The notes below the pieces were generated by a model, which saw only the letters and a program-made list of their open reading frames with translations, did no database searches and was not told where the DNA came from. A DNA stretch of 64,000 bases, from assembly GCA_965249275.1 (NCBI GenBank), contig CBDFLQ010000005.1, positions 323,030 to 387,029 of the forward strand, read 5' to 3'. Of the stretch, positions 48,306-57,915 are shown in pieces (within the stretch, counting starts at the first letter, position 1; each line of letters begins with the position of its first letter). Both the position numbers and the translations under genes were made by a program. Source of the stretch: Dehalococcoidia bacterium (GTDB lineage Bacteria; Chloroflexota; Dehalococcoidia; Plut-88900).

Positions 48306-48939
48306 GATATTGAGTTGTGGTGGGAGCTTGGTTTTGGTTGTTGGGAGGGGGCAGGCGATGGAAGGTCCGTGACTAGAAACCAGGCCGGGGGTTGCTGCCG
48401 AGCCGTCGGCACCGGGCTGGATTATCCCCACACGTTGCCGGCTGTGGTCAGGGTTGTGTGGGGCAGATCCCAAATCGTGAGCGGCACATGACCGGACCGC
48501 TGACGTGGAAGATGCCGCCTGAGGCGGTCTTTCAGAACCGGCGTCCCGGTGCATCCGCCGGGTAGACGGGTGGCAGGGACGGCGGGACAAACAAGGACAC
48601 GAGGGCCTTGCTAAACCGGTGGTCGGTTGACCTACCGGGAAAACCGGCACGCAATGGGCCGGGGTAAACGCACCCGATGATGGGGGGCGTTGAATCGGCA
48701 GGGGCGTCGTTGGACGGGGCCTGCCGAGCATAGTCTGTGGATCTTCCATCGCCTGGGTTGCGGGGGAAGGTGAGCCTGGGCCTTTGGTATGAGGAGATGG
48801 CGGCGTTTGCTTGAGCCGGGCACTGCTGATGCAGAGCCACGGGATGGGCTTAGACGTTGAGTCCTCCGGTGGGCCGGGGCTGTGGTTCCCCCTGGGCTGT
48901 GGTTCCTCCTTGGGTTTAGGGTGAGTGATTGGCCAATCG
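48306..48939 (-). ncRNA. Candidate large structured ncRNA, copy E2 (same family as 28915..29517)
   Basis: Same promoter, 5' domain and 3' tail as E1. The closing helix 48353-48367 / 48740-48754 encloses an unrelated 372-nt insert. A hairpin at the equivalent position has a different sequence but remains paired. Confidence 0.45.
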
Positions 48940-48945
48940 GGGGTG

Positions 48946-48975
48946 AATATAGTACAGATGTACAATTCGGGTCAA
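48946..48975 (-). promoter_or_regulatory. Sigma70-type promoter of E2
   Basis: On the minus strand, TTGACC (48975-48970), 18-nt spacer, TATATT (48951-48946). Confidence 0.6.
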
Positions 48976-49045
48976 GGGGTTCGTGTCACTTTTGGGGGGG
49001 AGGGGTTATCCTAATCCATCAAGGGATAGGGGAGAGGACAGATAA

Positions 49046-52000
49046 TTGAAGGACAGCACACACGAACAAACGCTAAACGTCGCACTGGGCGAAGTTCTCA
49101 ATGAACTACGGCGAAGCTGGAATGCCCGTAGCGAACGGACGGGGAACGTGCTAGTAGAAGGTGGCCGCCCCGACATCCTAGTGGAAGAGGCGAGCGGATG
49201 GCCTATCGTCATTGAGGCTGAACGCAGCAATCATACAGAAGCAGAGGCTGACGCCAAGGCGCGGTTAGGGCTTACGGTCGCCAATACCGGAAGGCAGATA
49301 GAAACAGCGATCGCCCTTGTCTACCCCTCCGAACTTCACACGCTTGACGGTTCCGCACTGCGCAAAGAGATAGGCCAAACCCAAGAGTTGGAATATGCAC
49401 TGTACACCCGCCGAGCTGAAGAAGAACCGGAGCGTTTACCCACGCAAGGATGGATAAAGGGTGGGGTGCGGGACCTGGCGATGCTGGTACAGCGGGCGGC
49501 GGTGCCTCCACCCAGGATCGAGGCTCTGGCTACTGAACTAGAGAATGGAGTGCGGATTGCAGGGGACGAATTTACGCGGAGGCACAAATACGGAGGTGAA
49601 TTGGGAGCGCGAGCAGCTAAGGTTCTGGGTCAGGATGATGATGCCGAAGGCCAGACACGCAGAATGGTTATGACCGTTATAGCTAATGCACTAGTTTTCC
49701 ATGAGTCCCTGGCAGAGGCCGAATTCCTAATTGAAGAGAGCGAGGGAGGCCCTGAACGCGCAGTGCGACCCGTCGCCCACTTCCGTCCCGGAGGTTTGTT
49801 TGCCCACGCTGACCTTTGCTTGGAATGGGAACGCATCCTGCGCATCAACTACTGGCCCATTTTCTGGTCCGCCAAAGAGATGCTGGGCCTAATGCCCACC
49901 CACACGGCCCACGCAGTGCTAGACCGGCTCTGGCATACCGGACAGAAGCTGGTTGCGGGCGGTGTAACACGGTCTCACGATCTGACGGGGATAATCTTCC
50001 AAAGGCTCATTGCCGACCGCAAGTTTCTTGCGACCTACTATACCCGGCCTGAAGCAGCGGCGCTCCTGGCGGCTCTGGCTTTGCCCGCGGACAACCCACT
50101 GGGCGGGGCAAACTGGGGAGACGAGGAGACACTAGCCAGTGCACAAATTGGAGACTTTACCTGTGGGACGGGAACCCTGCTCTCGATGGCGTACCAGAGG
50201 ATGACTTTGCTCCACGAATTGCACGGCGGTGACCCTCGCAAGCTTCACAGGCCGATGATGCGGCACGGGCTGGTAGGCCTAGACGTCCTTAACATCGGCG
50301 TTCACTTGACGGCGGCTATGCTGGCGGGAAGCCATCCCGATACTCCGTTCGATGGGGAATGCCTATTGACAATGCCCTATGGCAAGCAAGGCGACAAAAG
50401 TGTTGCTATAGGGTCCCTGGAATTGCTGGCACCATTTGTACAATCGTCGTTTATTGACACTGCAACGGCGGTGTCGGCAGGGGGCAGGTCTCCTGAAGCT
50501 GTTCAAGACATAGTGGATCGGACAGGGAATGGGAAGTTCGATCTGGTAATTATGAACCCACCCTTTGTGCGGTCCACTGGAATGGAAGGTGAGAAGCTAG
50601 CCAAAGGCAATTCGGCATTCGCAGGCCTAAAGAATGACAAGCCCACACAAAAGAAGATGCAAAAGCGCCTAGTCTCCCTTAGGGGGAGTGCGCCACTTGG
50701 TACTGGGAACGCGGGGCTTGCAGCAGATTTCTTGGATGTTGCATTGCGCAAAGCCAGGCAAGACGGGATCATTGCTCTGGTGCTACCGCTCAGCGCAATT
50801 AGTGGTGTGGTATGGGAGATGGCTCGCAAGACAATCTTCAAGGAATGCACGGATATCGTCACAGTAACCATAGCAGGTGCTCGTTCTGATGAGTCCTCTT
50901 TCTCTGCCGATACAGGCATGGCCGATTGCTTATTGATTGCTCGCAAGGGTGGGGAAGACGATGAGAAAAGGGGTATTTTCGTAGTGCTGCACAAAAGCCC
51001 GAGGTCAGCAGTTGAAGCCGAATTACTTGCAGCTGAGATCGCGAGAGTTCGACAACCCGGCCGCATGGCGACGGTGGAGCACATGGATGGTGAAAGCACA
51101 ATTATCATAGGAGGGCAAGAATACGGAGTGGTTCTTGATGCTCCACTTCCTGAGTCCGGGCCGTGGCCTTTGGTGGGGATTCGGGATGCGGAGGTCGCCC
51201 ATGTAGCTTGGACTCTCGAGCGAGGGGCTTTGGTGCAACTTGGGCGGCCTGGACACGAGTCTTTGAAGTTGCCAATCGTTGCCGTCGGAAAGATTGGTGG
51301 ACGAGGGCCCTATCATGCAGACATCTACTGGAGTCAATCAGATGGAACTCCACGCGGCCCTTTTGAGTTGATTAGACCGGCGGTCAACCCTGTTCCAACA
51401 TATCCAATGCTATGGGCTCACGACGCCAAGAAGGAGCGAAGACTGGTTTTGAAACCTGACTCCGAGGGGCGAATAAAGCCAGCATCGGGAAAGATGACTG
51501 AGGATCGAATCACGGATAAGGCTGCACAAATTTGGGTGACAGCGACACGGGCTCATTACAATCGAGACTTGCAGTTCAATTCGCAATCTTTGATTGTGGC
51601 GATGACTAACCGGCCTTGCATCGGAGGACGGGCTTGGCCATCGGTCATCTTTCAGGACCCGGAGTATGAATATGCATTTGCATTGTGGTGCAACTCTACG
51701 TTGGGCTTACTGATGCACTGGTGGGCAACCAACAAGACGCAATCGGGGCGTGGGACTACTACAGTCACGGGCATCCCTAACATTCCTACGGTAGATGTGC
51801 GAACGCTGACAAAGAAGCAGTTGGGCGAGGCAAAAGACGCTTTCAATGTGATGAAAGGGTTGCGCTTCCTTCCCTTCGACCAGATAGACGGGGATCCGGC
51901 TCGTGCAGAGTTGGACCGACGCCTGCTGGTGGACGTGTTAGGTCTGCCGGAATCGCTAGTGGTTGCTGGAGGACCAATAGACTTGTTGAGGCGCAAGCTA

Positions 52001-52090
52001 GCCCGCGAGCCACAGATTCATGGGGGTAAGAAGTCGCGGGTTGTGTTTCAAGATGATGGGGAACGGTCAGAGCAACGTACGGACCGTTGA
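49046..52090 (+). CDS. Single-polypeptide nuclease-like + gamma-class N6-adenine DNA methyltransferase (type IIG/IIL-like RM candidate)
   Basis: 1014 aa. N-terminal PD-(D/E)xK-like block GRPDILVEE...WPIVIEAER. AdoMet motif I GDFTCGTGTLL, then motif IV FDLVIMNPPF. A ~400-aa C-terminal region is a putative specificity domain. Lower GC than the flanks. Confidence 0.65.
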   Translation: MKDSTHEQTLNVALGEVLNELRRSWNARSERTGNVLVEGGRPDILVEEASGWPIVIEAERSNHTEAEADAKARLGLTVANTGRQIETAIALVYPSELHTLDGSALRKEIGQTQELEYALYTRRAEEEPERLPTQGWIKGGVRDLAMLVQRAAVPPPRIEALATELENGVRIAGDEFTRRHKYGGELGARAAKVLGQDDDAEGQTRRMVMTVIANALVFHESLAEAEFLIEESEGGPERAVRPVAHFRPGGLFAHADLCLEWERILRINYWPIFWSAKEMLGLMPTHTAHAVLDRLWHTGQKLVAGGVTRSHDLTGIIFQRLIADRKFLATYYTRPEAAALLAALALPADNPLGGANWGDEETLASAQIGDFTCGTGTLLSMAYQRMTLLHELHGGDPRKLHRPMMRHGLVGLDVLNIGVHLTAAMLAGSHPDTPFDGECLLTMPYGKQGDKSVAIGSLELLAPFVQSSFIDTATAVSAGGRSPEAVQDIVDRTGNGKFDLVIMNPPFVRSTGMEGEKLAKGNSAFAGLKNDKPTQKKMQKRLVSLRGSAPLGTGNAGLAADFLDVALRKARQDGIIALVLPLSAISGVVWEMARKTIFKECTDIVTVTIAGARSDESSFSADTGMADCLLIARKGGEDDEKRGIFVVLHKSPRSAVEAELLAAEIARVRQPGRMATVEHMDGESTIIIGGQEYGVVLDAPLPESGPWPLVGIRDAEVAHVAWTLERGALVQLGRPGHESLKLPIVAVGKIGGRGPYHADIYWSQSDGTPRGPFELIRPAVNPVPTYPMLWAHDAKKERRLVLKPDSEGRIKPASGKMTEDRITDKAAQIWVTATRAHYNRDLQFNSQSLIVAMTNRPCIGGRAWPSVIFQDPEYEYAFALWCNSTLGLLMHWWATNKTQSGRGTTTVTGIPNIPTVDVRTLTKKQLGEAKDAFNVMKGLRFLPFDQIDGDPARAELDRRLLVDVLGLPESLVVAGGPIDLLRRKLAREPQIHGGKKSRVVFQDDGERSEQRTDR

Positions 52091-52274
52091 GCAAGAAGGG
52101 AGAGCGGCCCCCCGCCCTCTGGATTCCTGATCGGGGTCGGGAATGACGGAGTGGAGCGGAATGCTCCATACCCTTGGCAAGGCTAGCGGTTGACACGATG
52201 GTGTAGAACACATATCCTAACGGCAGGTCGCAAGTAATTGTCCATGGGAAAGGGCGCGTGCTATTATCGCTACC

Positions 52275-53315
52275 ATGACGACGGAAAAGACAAAGGCCCT
52301 GGATTTGGCCCTTGGGCAGATTGAAAAGCAGTTTGGACAGGGGTCTATCATGCGGCTGGGGGACGCCCGCAGCGGCATGGAGGTCGAGGCGATACCAACG
52401 GGATCCCTGGGTCTCGACATTGCCCTCGGGATCGGGGGGGTGCCCAAGGGGCGGATCTGCGAGGTATTCGGCGCGGAGTCGGCAGGGAAGTCTACTCTCG
52501 GTCAGCACCTGATGGCCCAGTCACAGGCCTCGGGCGGCATGGCGGCCTATATCGACGCCGAGCATGCTATGGACCCGTCCTACGCCGCCAAGTGCGGCAT
52601 CATTGTCGACGAGCTCCTCATCTCACAGCCCGACACCGGTGAACAGGCCCTGGAAATCGCCGAGGCCCTGATTCGCTCTAACGCGGTGGACATTGTCGTG
52701 GTGGACTCGGTGGCGGCGCTGGTGCCGAGGGCGGAGATAGAGGGGGAGATGGGCGACACGCACGTCGGGCTGCAGGCTCGGCTGATGTCGCAGGCGCTAC
52801 GAAAGCTTACCGCCGCCACGAGCCGCTCGAATTGCGCCGTGGTCTTCATCAACCAGCTTCGGGAGAAGGTCGGGGTCATGTTCGGGAGCCCGGAGGTGAC
52901 GCCGGGGGGTCGGGCGCTGAAGTTCTATAGCTCGGTGCGGATAGACCTGCGGCGGATTGAGTCGATAAAGCATCAATCGGCGATAGTCGGGAACCGGGTG
53001 CGGGCCAAGGTGGTGAAGAACAAGGTGGCGGCGCCCTTCCGGGTGGCGGAGTTCGACATCATGTTCAATGAGGGGATCAGCCGGGTAGCCGACCTGGTGG
53101 ACCTGGGCGTGCTGTACGGGATACTCAAAAAAAGCGGGGCATTTTACTCGTGGGACGGGACTCGGCTGGGGCAGGGTCGGGAGAACTCGAAGGACTTTCT
53201 CAGGGAAAACAAGTCTATGGCTTTATCCCTCGAGAACCTCATCCGGGAGGCTGCGGAGTTGCCCTTGCTACCAGTGCCGGCGTCGGTGAATGGGGCGGAG
53301 GGGGAGATGTTTTAG
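52275..53315 (+). CDS. recA: Recombinase A
   Basis: 346 aa. [23 protein letters not shown], Walker [10 protein letters not shown]. Canonical RecA throughout. Confidence 0.98.
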   Translation: MTTEKTKALDLALGQIEKQFGQGSIMRLGDARSGMEVEAIPTGSLGLDIALGIGGVPKGRICEVFGAESAGKSTLGQHLMAQSQASGGMAAYIDAEHAMDPSYAAKCGIIVDELLISQPDTGEQALEIAEALIRSNAVDIVVVDSVAALVPRAEIEGEMGDTHVGLQARLMSQALRKLTAATSRSNCAVVFINQLREKVGVMFGSPEVTPGGRALKFYSSVRIDLRRIESIKHQSAIVGNRVRAKVVKNKVAAPFRVAEFDIMFNEGISRVADLVDLGVLYGILKKSGAFYSWDGTRLGQGRENSKDFLRENKSMALSLENLIREAAELPLLPVPASVNGAEGEMF

Positions 53316-53541
53316 GGGTGTCCGCGATAGGACCTTCGCGTACCTATACTGTAGGCTTTCCGGAATCACCCTCACCCTAGCCCTCTCCCATCGAGGGAGA
53401 GGGGATAAGACCCTCCGCTCATACTTCGAGAGCCTCCCGCCTCGGCGGATCTATGACAGCACGAGCGGCCCCGCGCCCCCCAACACAGGCAATGCAGAGG
53501 TTACGCCTTAGTGCATCTGCGACTCGTCACGAGAGGGGGAA

Positions 53542-55113
53542 TTACCCCACTACACCCTCACGGAGGTCTCTTATGGCCTCGTGGGCGGCGTTGTGGCCGG
53601 GGGCGCCTCGGACGGTGCCTCCAGGGTGTGTGCCTGCTCCGCAGAGGTAGTAGCCGGAGACCGGGGTACGGTAGTCGCTCATGCCACGTATCGGGCGGGC
53701 ATTGAAGAGCTGGGCGAGGGCGTTCTCGGTGTGGAACATGTGCCCGTGGGTCAGGTAGAGCTTCTCCTCCAGGTCCTTGGGCGACAGGAACTGATAGTCG
53801 ATGATGGCATCCGGGATGTTGGGGGCGTACTGGGCCAGGGTGTCGATACAGCGTTTGCCGAAGATGTCGCGCTCCGTTTCCCAGTCGGTGTCTCGGAGGT
53901 GGTAAGGAGCGTACTGCACGAAAACCCCCATGCTGTGCTTGCCCTCCGGCACGATGGTCGAGTCAGTCGCTGAGTGGATGACGCAGTACATGTAGGGCTC
54001 TCGGGACGTCTTCCCGAACTTGGCGTCGTCCCAGGCGCGTTCGAGATAGTCTACAGAGGGGCAGATCTTGAAAGGACCGATGTGCTGGGGCCCGAGCTCC
54101 TTGCCGGGGATGGCGGTGAAGTCGGGAAGCTCGCTGAGGGCGAGGTTGATCTTGAATACGATGCCCTCGCTTCTCACCGAGGACAACCTACGGCGGAAAC
54201 TCTCGTCCAGGTGGTCGGGTTCCAGGAGGCCGAGGAGGCTGCGCTTGGGGTCGGCGTTGGATAGCACTACGCGGGCATTTAAGACCTCGCCGTTCAGCAG
54301 CTCCACCCCTGATGCCTTCTCATCACGAATGATTACTCGGGCTACCTCGGCTTCCGTGCGCACCTCGGCGCCGTGGCTGCGGGCACAACGGGCCAGGGAC
54401 GCGGTTATCCCGCCCATGCCTCCGGGGACGGCGCCTATGGGGATGCCAAGCTCGGGCCAGTAGTGGAGCATCATGTAGACGCTGCCCGGGGAGTAGGGCC
54501 CGGCCGCCAGACCTACCACCCCATTCGAGCAGATGCTGGCCTTGGCTTCCTCGGTCTCGAAGCGGGCGTCCAGGAAGTCTTTCATCGGACTCACCAATAT
54601 TTCCTGGAAGAAGTAGGCGTCCTCGGGGTCCGAGAACTGCCGGGCGATCTCCTCGACGCTGAGCGGGGGTCTCAGTTCGAGGGGCTTGAGCACAGCGGCG
54701 AGCCTGTCCATGCGCTTACGCAGGTCCAGGAATGCCTGACCGTCCTTTCGGGAGAACTTTGCGAACTCATCGAGAGTCTTGACGGGGTCGCTCCACCAGA
54801 GCATGTAGCGGTTATCGGGGTAGAGCTGCAGGGCCACGGGGTCGTAGGGAACCAAGGGGCCGTAGCCGAACTTGTGGAGCTCGAGGTCGGCGGCGATCTT
54901 GGGTTTAAGTAACCCCCCGACCATAGCAGCGGTCGAGATTCGGAAGCCGGGGAAGGTCTCCTCCGTCACCGAGGCCCCACCCACGACCTCCCTTCGCTCA
55001 AGGACCGCTACTTTCAGGCCAGCCTTCGCCATGTAGTAGGCAGCGACCAGCCCGTTGTGTCCACCGCCGATTATTACTGCATCCCAATCGGTAGCCATAG
55101 CTCGTCCCTCCAA
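53542..55113 (-). CDS. Phytoene-desaturase-family FAD-dependent oxidoreductase (CrtI-like, COG1233-type)
   Basis: 523 aa. N-terminal DAVIIGGGHNGLVAAYYMAKAG dinucleotide fold and a C-terminal GAGTHPGGG-like motif. Confidence 0.8.
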   Translation of the reverse strand: MEGRAMATDWDAVIIGGGHNGLVAAYYMAKAGLKVAVLERREVVGGASVTEETFPGFRISTAAMVGGLLKPKIAADLELHKFGYGPLVPYDPVALQLYPDNRYMLWWSDPVKTLDEFAKFSRKDGQAFLDLRKRMDRLAAVLKPLELRPPLSVEEIARQFSDPEDAYFFQEILVSPMKDFLDARFETEEAKASICSNGVVGLAAGPYSPGSVYMMLHYWPELGIPIGAVPGGMGGITASLARCARSHGAEVRTEAEVARVIIRDEKASGVELLNGEVLNARVVLSNADPKRSLLGLLEPDHLDESFRRRLSSVRSEGIVFKINLALSELPDFTAIPGKELGPQHIGPFKICPSVDYLERAWDDAKFGKTSREPYMYCVIHSATDSTIVPEGKHSMGVFVQYAPYHLRDTDWETERDIFGKRCIDTLAQYAPNIPDAIIDYQFLSPKDLEEKLYLTHGHMFHTENALAQLFNARPIRGMSDYRTPVSGYYLCGAGTHPGGTVRGAPGHNAAHEAIRDLREGVVG

Positions 55114-55266
55114 AGCCCGTGCCGGGCGGATGTGGTCGGGGGTAGGTTAGGAATGGGGGGAGTCGGGTGTCAAGCGGGGTTCCTTACTTCACCTTACATT
55201 TTGCAATTGCAAAGCTGAAGCTCTAGAATGAGGTTCAAATATTTACCTATTACGTAATGCGTTACA

Positions 55267-55545
55267 ATGATTCAAAACTTCACTGATCGAGAATCGAGAA
55301 AATTCTTCGAGGGCTTTCGATTCAGGGCCTTCCAAGACTCTGAGTATCATGCATATCACAGGTTGACGATCTTGGACAATGCAGCTTTCCTGCGAGACTT
55401 GGCAGCTTTACGCAGCAATAAACTGGAGTCACTCTCCGGCATTCGGGAGGGACAATTCAGCATATGGGTCAATCGAAAGTGGCGAATCTGTTTCCGTTGG
55501 GGAGATGAAGGGCCCTATGCAGTGGAAATAGTGGACTACCATTGA
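55267..55545 (+). CDS. higB: HigB-type toxin (second copy)
   Basis: 92 aa. The same family ending, GQFSIWVNRKWRICFRWGDEGPYAVEIVDYH. Confidence 0.85.
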   Translation: MIQNFTDRESRKFFEGFRFRAFQDSEYHAYHRLTILDNAAFLRDLAALRSNKLESLSGIREGQFSIWVNRKWRICFRWGDEGPYAVEIVDYH

Positions 55546-55558
55546 AGAGGTTTCTGGA

Positions 55559-55891
55559 ATGAGCATGACCATATCGAACCGTATGCGGCCCGTGCATCCG
55601 GGCGAGATTCTCAAGGAGGAGCTACAGGAGATAGGCATGTCCGCCAACGCCTTGGCCAAGGCTCTTTGGGTTCCCGCCAACCGCATCACCTCAATACTCA
55701 ATGGCAGCCGAGCTGTGACCGCCGACACCTCTCTCCGACTCTCCCGTTACCTGGGCACGAGCCCCGAATTCTGGCTGAATCTCCAGAAAACGTTCGAACT
55801 GCGCACCGCTCAAATTGCGTCGGAAATGCGCATCAACACGATGATCCAGCCACGCCAAGAAAGTCCGTTACCTACAGCTTCCTCAGATTAG
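55559..55891 (+). CDS. higA: HigA-type HTH antitoxin (second copy)
   Basis: 110 aa. HPGEILKEELQEIGMSANALAKALWVPANRITSILNGSRAVTADTSLRLSRYLGTSPEFWLNLQ. Confidence 0.9.
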   Translation: MSMTISNRMRPVHPGEILKEELQEIGMSANALAKALWVPANRITSILNGSRAVTADTSLRLSRYLGTSPEFWLNLQKTFELRTAQIASEMRINTMIQPRQESPLPTASSD

Positions 55892-55898
55892 CTCTCCA

Positions 55899-56537
55899 AT
55901 GCCCCAGATCACCGATATCCGAGCCCAGAAAAACCGGCGGGACCGAGTCAACGTGTTTATTGATGGGCGCTATGCCTTCGCGCTGGACCAGATATCCATG
56001 TTCGACGCCCGACTCGAGATCGGACAGGATGTTTCGGAGGAACGTCTTGAAGAGCTAGTCGACAAGGCGGGGCTTGACTCTGCAATGTCGGTGGCGCTCC
56101 GATATCTCACCACTCGGCCCCGGAGTGAACGCGAGCTGCGTGACCGGCTCCGGCGTCGGCAGATTGGAGAGGTGGTTATAGACCGCACAGTGGAGCAGCT
56201 TAGGGCTAAGGGGCTGCTCGACGACTTCACATTCGCACAGTATTGGGTCGACCAGCGGGTAACTTTCAGGCCTCGCAGCCGGAGGATGCTGGAGATGGAA
56301 CTGAGGCAGAAGGGTGTCGACGGCGAGGCCATAGAGGGCGTGACCCTGGACATGGACGATGAGGCTGAGGCCTACCGGGCCGCTCAGCGAAGGGCCCGCT
56401 CGCTGCCCGCCGATGACTTCGACGCCTTCTTCAAGAAGCTTGTCGCTCATTTGAAGCGTCGTGGGTTTGGGTATGGCACGGCTGCGAAGACTGCGAGGGG
56501 GTTGTGGGCAGAGGTGACCTCCTCGGGGGAGTGCTGA
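55899..56537 (+). CDS. recX: RecA regulator RecX
   Basis: 212 aa. N-terminal ...RV.VF.DG.YAF.L followed by repeated three-helix modules with the SE.ELR..L motif. Confidence 0.85.
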   Translation: MPQITDIRAQKNRRDRVNVFIDGRYAFALDQISMFDARLEIGQDVSEERLEELVDKAGLDSAMSVALRYLTTRPRSERELRDRLRRRQIGEVVIDRTVEQLRAKGLLDDFTFAQYWVDQRVTFRPRSRRMLEMELRQKGVDGEAIEGVTLDMDDEAEAYRAAQRRARSLPADDFDAFFKKLVAHLKRRGFGYGTAAKTARGLWAEVTSSGEC

Positions 56538-56640
56538 AACGGCCTGGCCCCTTGAGGCATTCATGGTAACAGCCACTGCGCCCGGAGATAGGGATCCCGG
56601 CGCGGGGTCTCCGGATGACGATTCAATCGGCATGTCTGCG

Positions 56641-56757
56641 GGGGAACCCTCTCCCCCTTGGTCCCCCTCTCCCTTAGGGCCATAAAGGGAGAGGGGGAGG
56701 GATGAACAGAGGCAGACGCCTGTGCGTTAGCACAGGCGTCTGCCTCTAGTTCGGTAC
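56641..56757. repeat. Two-hairpin interspersed element (family D), copy 3
   Basis: Conserved first hairpin (CCCCCTCTCCCTTAGGGCC...AAGGGAGAGGGGG). The second stem is a perfect 18 bp (56708-56725 / 56730-56747) with a third, different sequence. The tail is TAGTTCGGTAC. Confidence 0.7.
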
Positions 56758-56781
56758 TTGGGCGGGGGGACAGGAGAAGTA

Positions 56782-57915
56782 CTAGTTGAAGTGGGGAATG
56801 ACTTCTGAGGCGAAGAGGTCTAGGCTGCGCATTACCTGCTTGAAGGTCAGGGCCGGGAAATTCAGGAACAGGGCGAGATGCCGGCAGCCCGTCTCTGATA
56901 TCAGCTCCTCGATCTGCTCCCTTACCGTCTCAGGAGACCCAACGAGGATCAGGTCGTGCTTTAGGTTGAAGTCGAAGTAGCTGAGGTTGTAGTCGTCGTC
57001 GGTTAGCTCGTGCTCGAAGGCCATACGGGTGCGGACCTTGCGGGGGTCGTGCTTGGCCCACTCGCCGAACATGTTGAACCCGTCACGCACGTCATTCACC
57101 GCCTCTTCGTAGGTCTCGGCGATGTAGGTGGGACGCATTACGGCCACCTTCTCGCCTGGCTGGAGGTCCTGGCCCTCGGTCTCCAAGGAGACTTCGTTGT
57201 AAATGCCCCACGCTTCCCTGATCTTCTCATACGACAGTGCCAGGCATATGTTCCCCATTCCCCTGCTTGCGGCGAACCGGTGGGAGGGTATGGAGTCGCC
57301 CATCTGCCACATGGGGGGATGGGGCTTCTGGTAGGGTTTCGGGTGTACTCCGAGGGCAATCAACTCTCCGTCGGGGGAGTGGAATCGGGTGTCGCGGGTG
57401 GAAGTCGAGGGCTCTATCCATCCCGGCTCAGGGAAGCGGTAGAACTCGCCCGAGTAGGTGAATGCATCCTCAGTCCAGGCCTTCTTGACGATGTCGAGGG
57501 ACTCTGCGAAGAGGGCGTAGCTGCGGTCGTGGTCTCGGCGGTCGGCGTCGGGGTGGAACTGGATTGAAGCCCGGCTGTTCAATCCCCGGGCCACGCCGAA
57601 GTCGACGCGGCCCTTGGAAAAATGGTCCAGCAGAGCGACGTCCTCTGCGACACGGAGGGGGTGCCAGTCGGGCAGGATGACACCGCATTGGCCTATGCGA
57701 AGGGTGTCGGTGTGGGCGGCGAGGTCTTGCCCGAGCATCAGCGGGTTCGGCGAAGTCCCGAGCCAGCCATCCCATGCGAAATGGTGCTCGGCGATCCAGA
57801 CCCCCGTGAAGCCGCCCTGTTCCAGCAGCCGGGCCTCGTCCCGCATCTCGTCGACCATTTTGTCCCACGGGTAGACGCTGCCGAGGTGGTAGTAAGGCGT
57901 GCTATCGAATCTCAT
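56782..57915 (-). CDS. LLM-class (luciferase-like) flavin-dependent oxidoreductase
   Basis: WIAEHHF motif and TIM-barrel LLM pattern. The ATG at 57915 (MRFDSTPYY), preceded by GAAGGAAGG, is preferred over the ORF-track start at 57993. Confidence 0.85.
   Translation of the reverse strand: MRFDSTPYYHLGSVYPWDKMVDEMRDEARLLEQGGFTGVWIAEHHFAWDGWLGTSPNPLMLGQDLAAHTDTLRIGQCGVILPDWHPLRVAEDVALLDHFSKGRVDFGVARGLNSRASIQFHPDADRRDHDRSYALFAESLDIVKKAWTEDAFTYSGEFYRFPEPGWIEPSTSTRDTRFHSPDGELIALGVHPKPYQKPHPPMWQMGDSIPSHRFAASRGMGNICLALSYEKIREAWGIYNEVSLETEGQDLQPGEKVAVMRPTYIAETYEEAVNDVRDGFNMFGEWAKHDPRKVRTRMAFEHELTDDDYNLSYFDFNLKHDLILVGSPETVREQIEELISETGCRHLALFLNFPALTFKQVMRSLDLFASEVIPHFN

Noticed and set aside
46521-48965. 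814-aa minus-strand ORF, the longest non-annotated ORF in the track
   Set aside because: It is antisense to a canonical nadE and then runs through the E2 non-coding element and repeats. The translation is Pro/Arg/Gly-rich low complexity with no motifs. This is a typical GC-rich shadow ORF.
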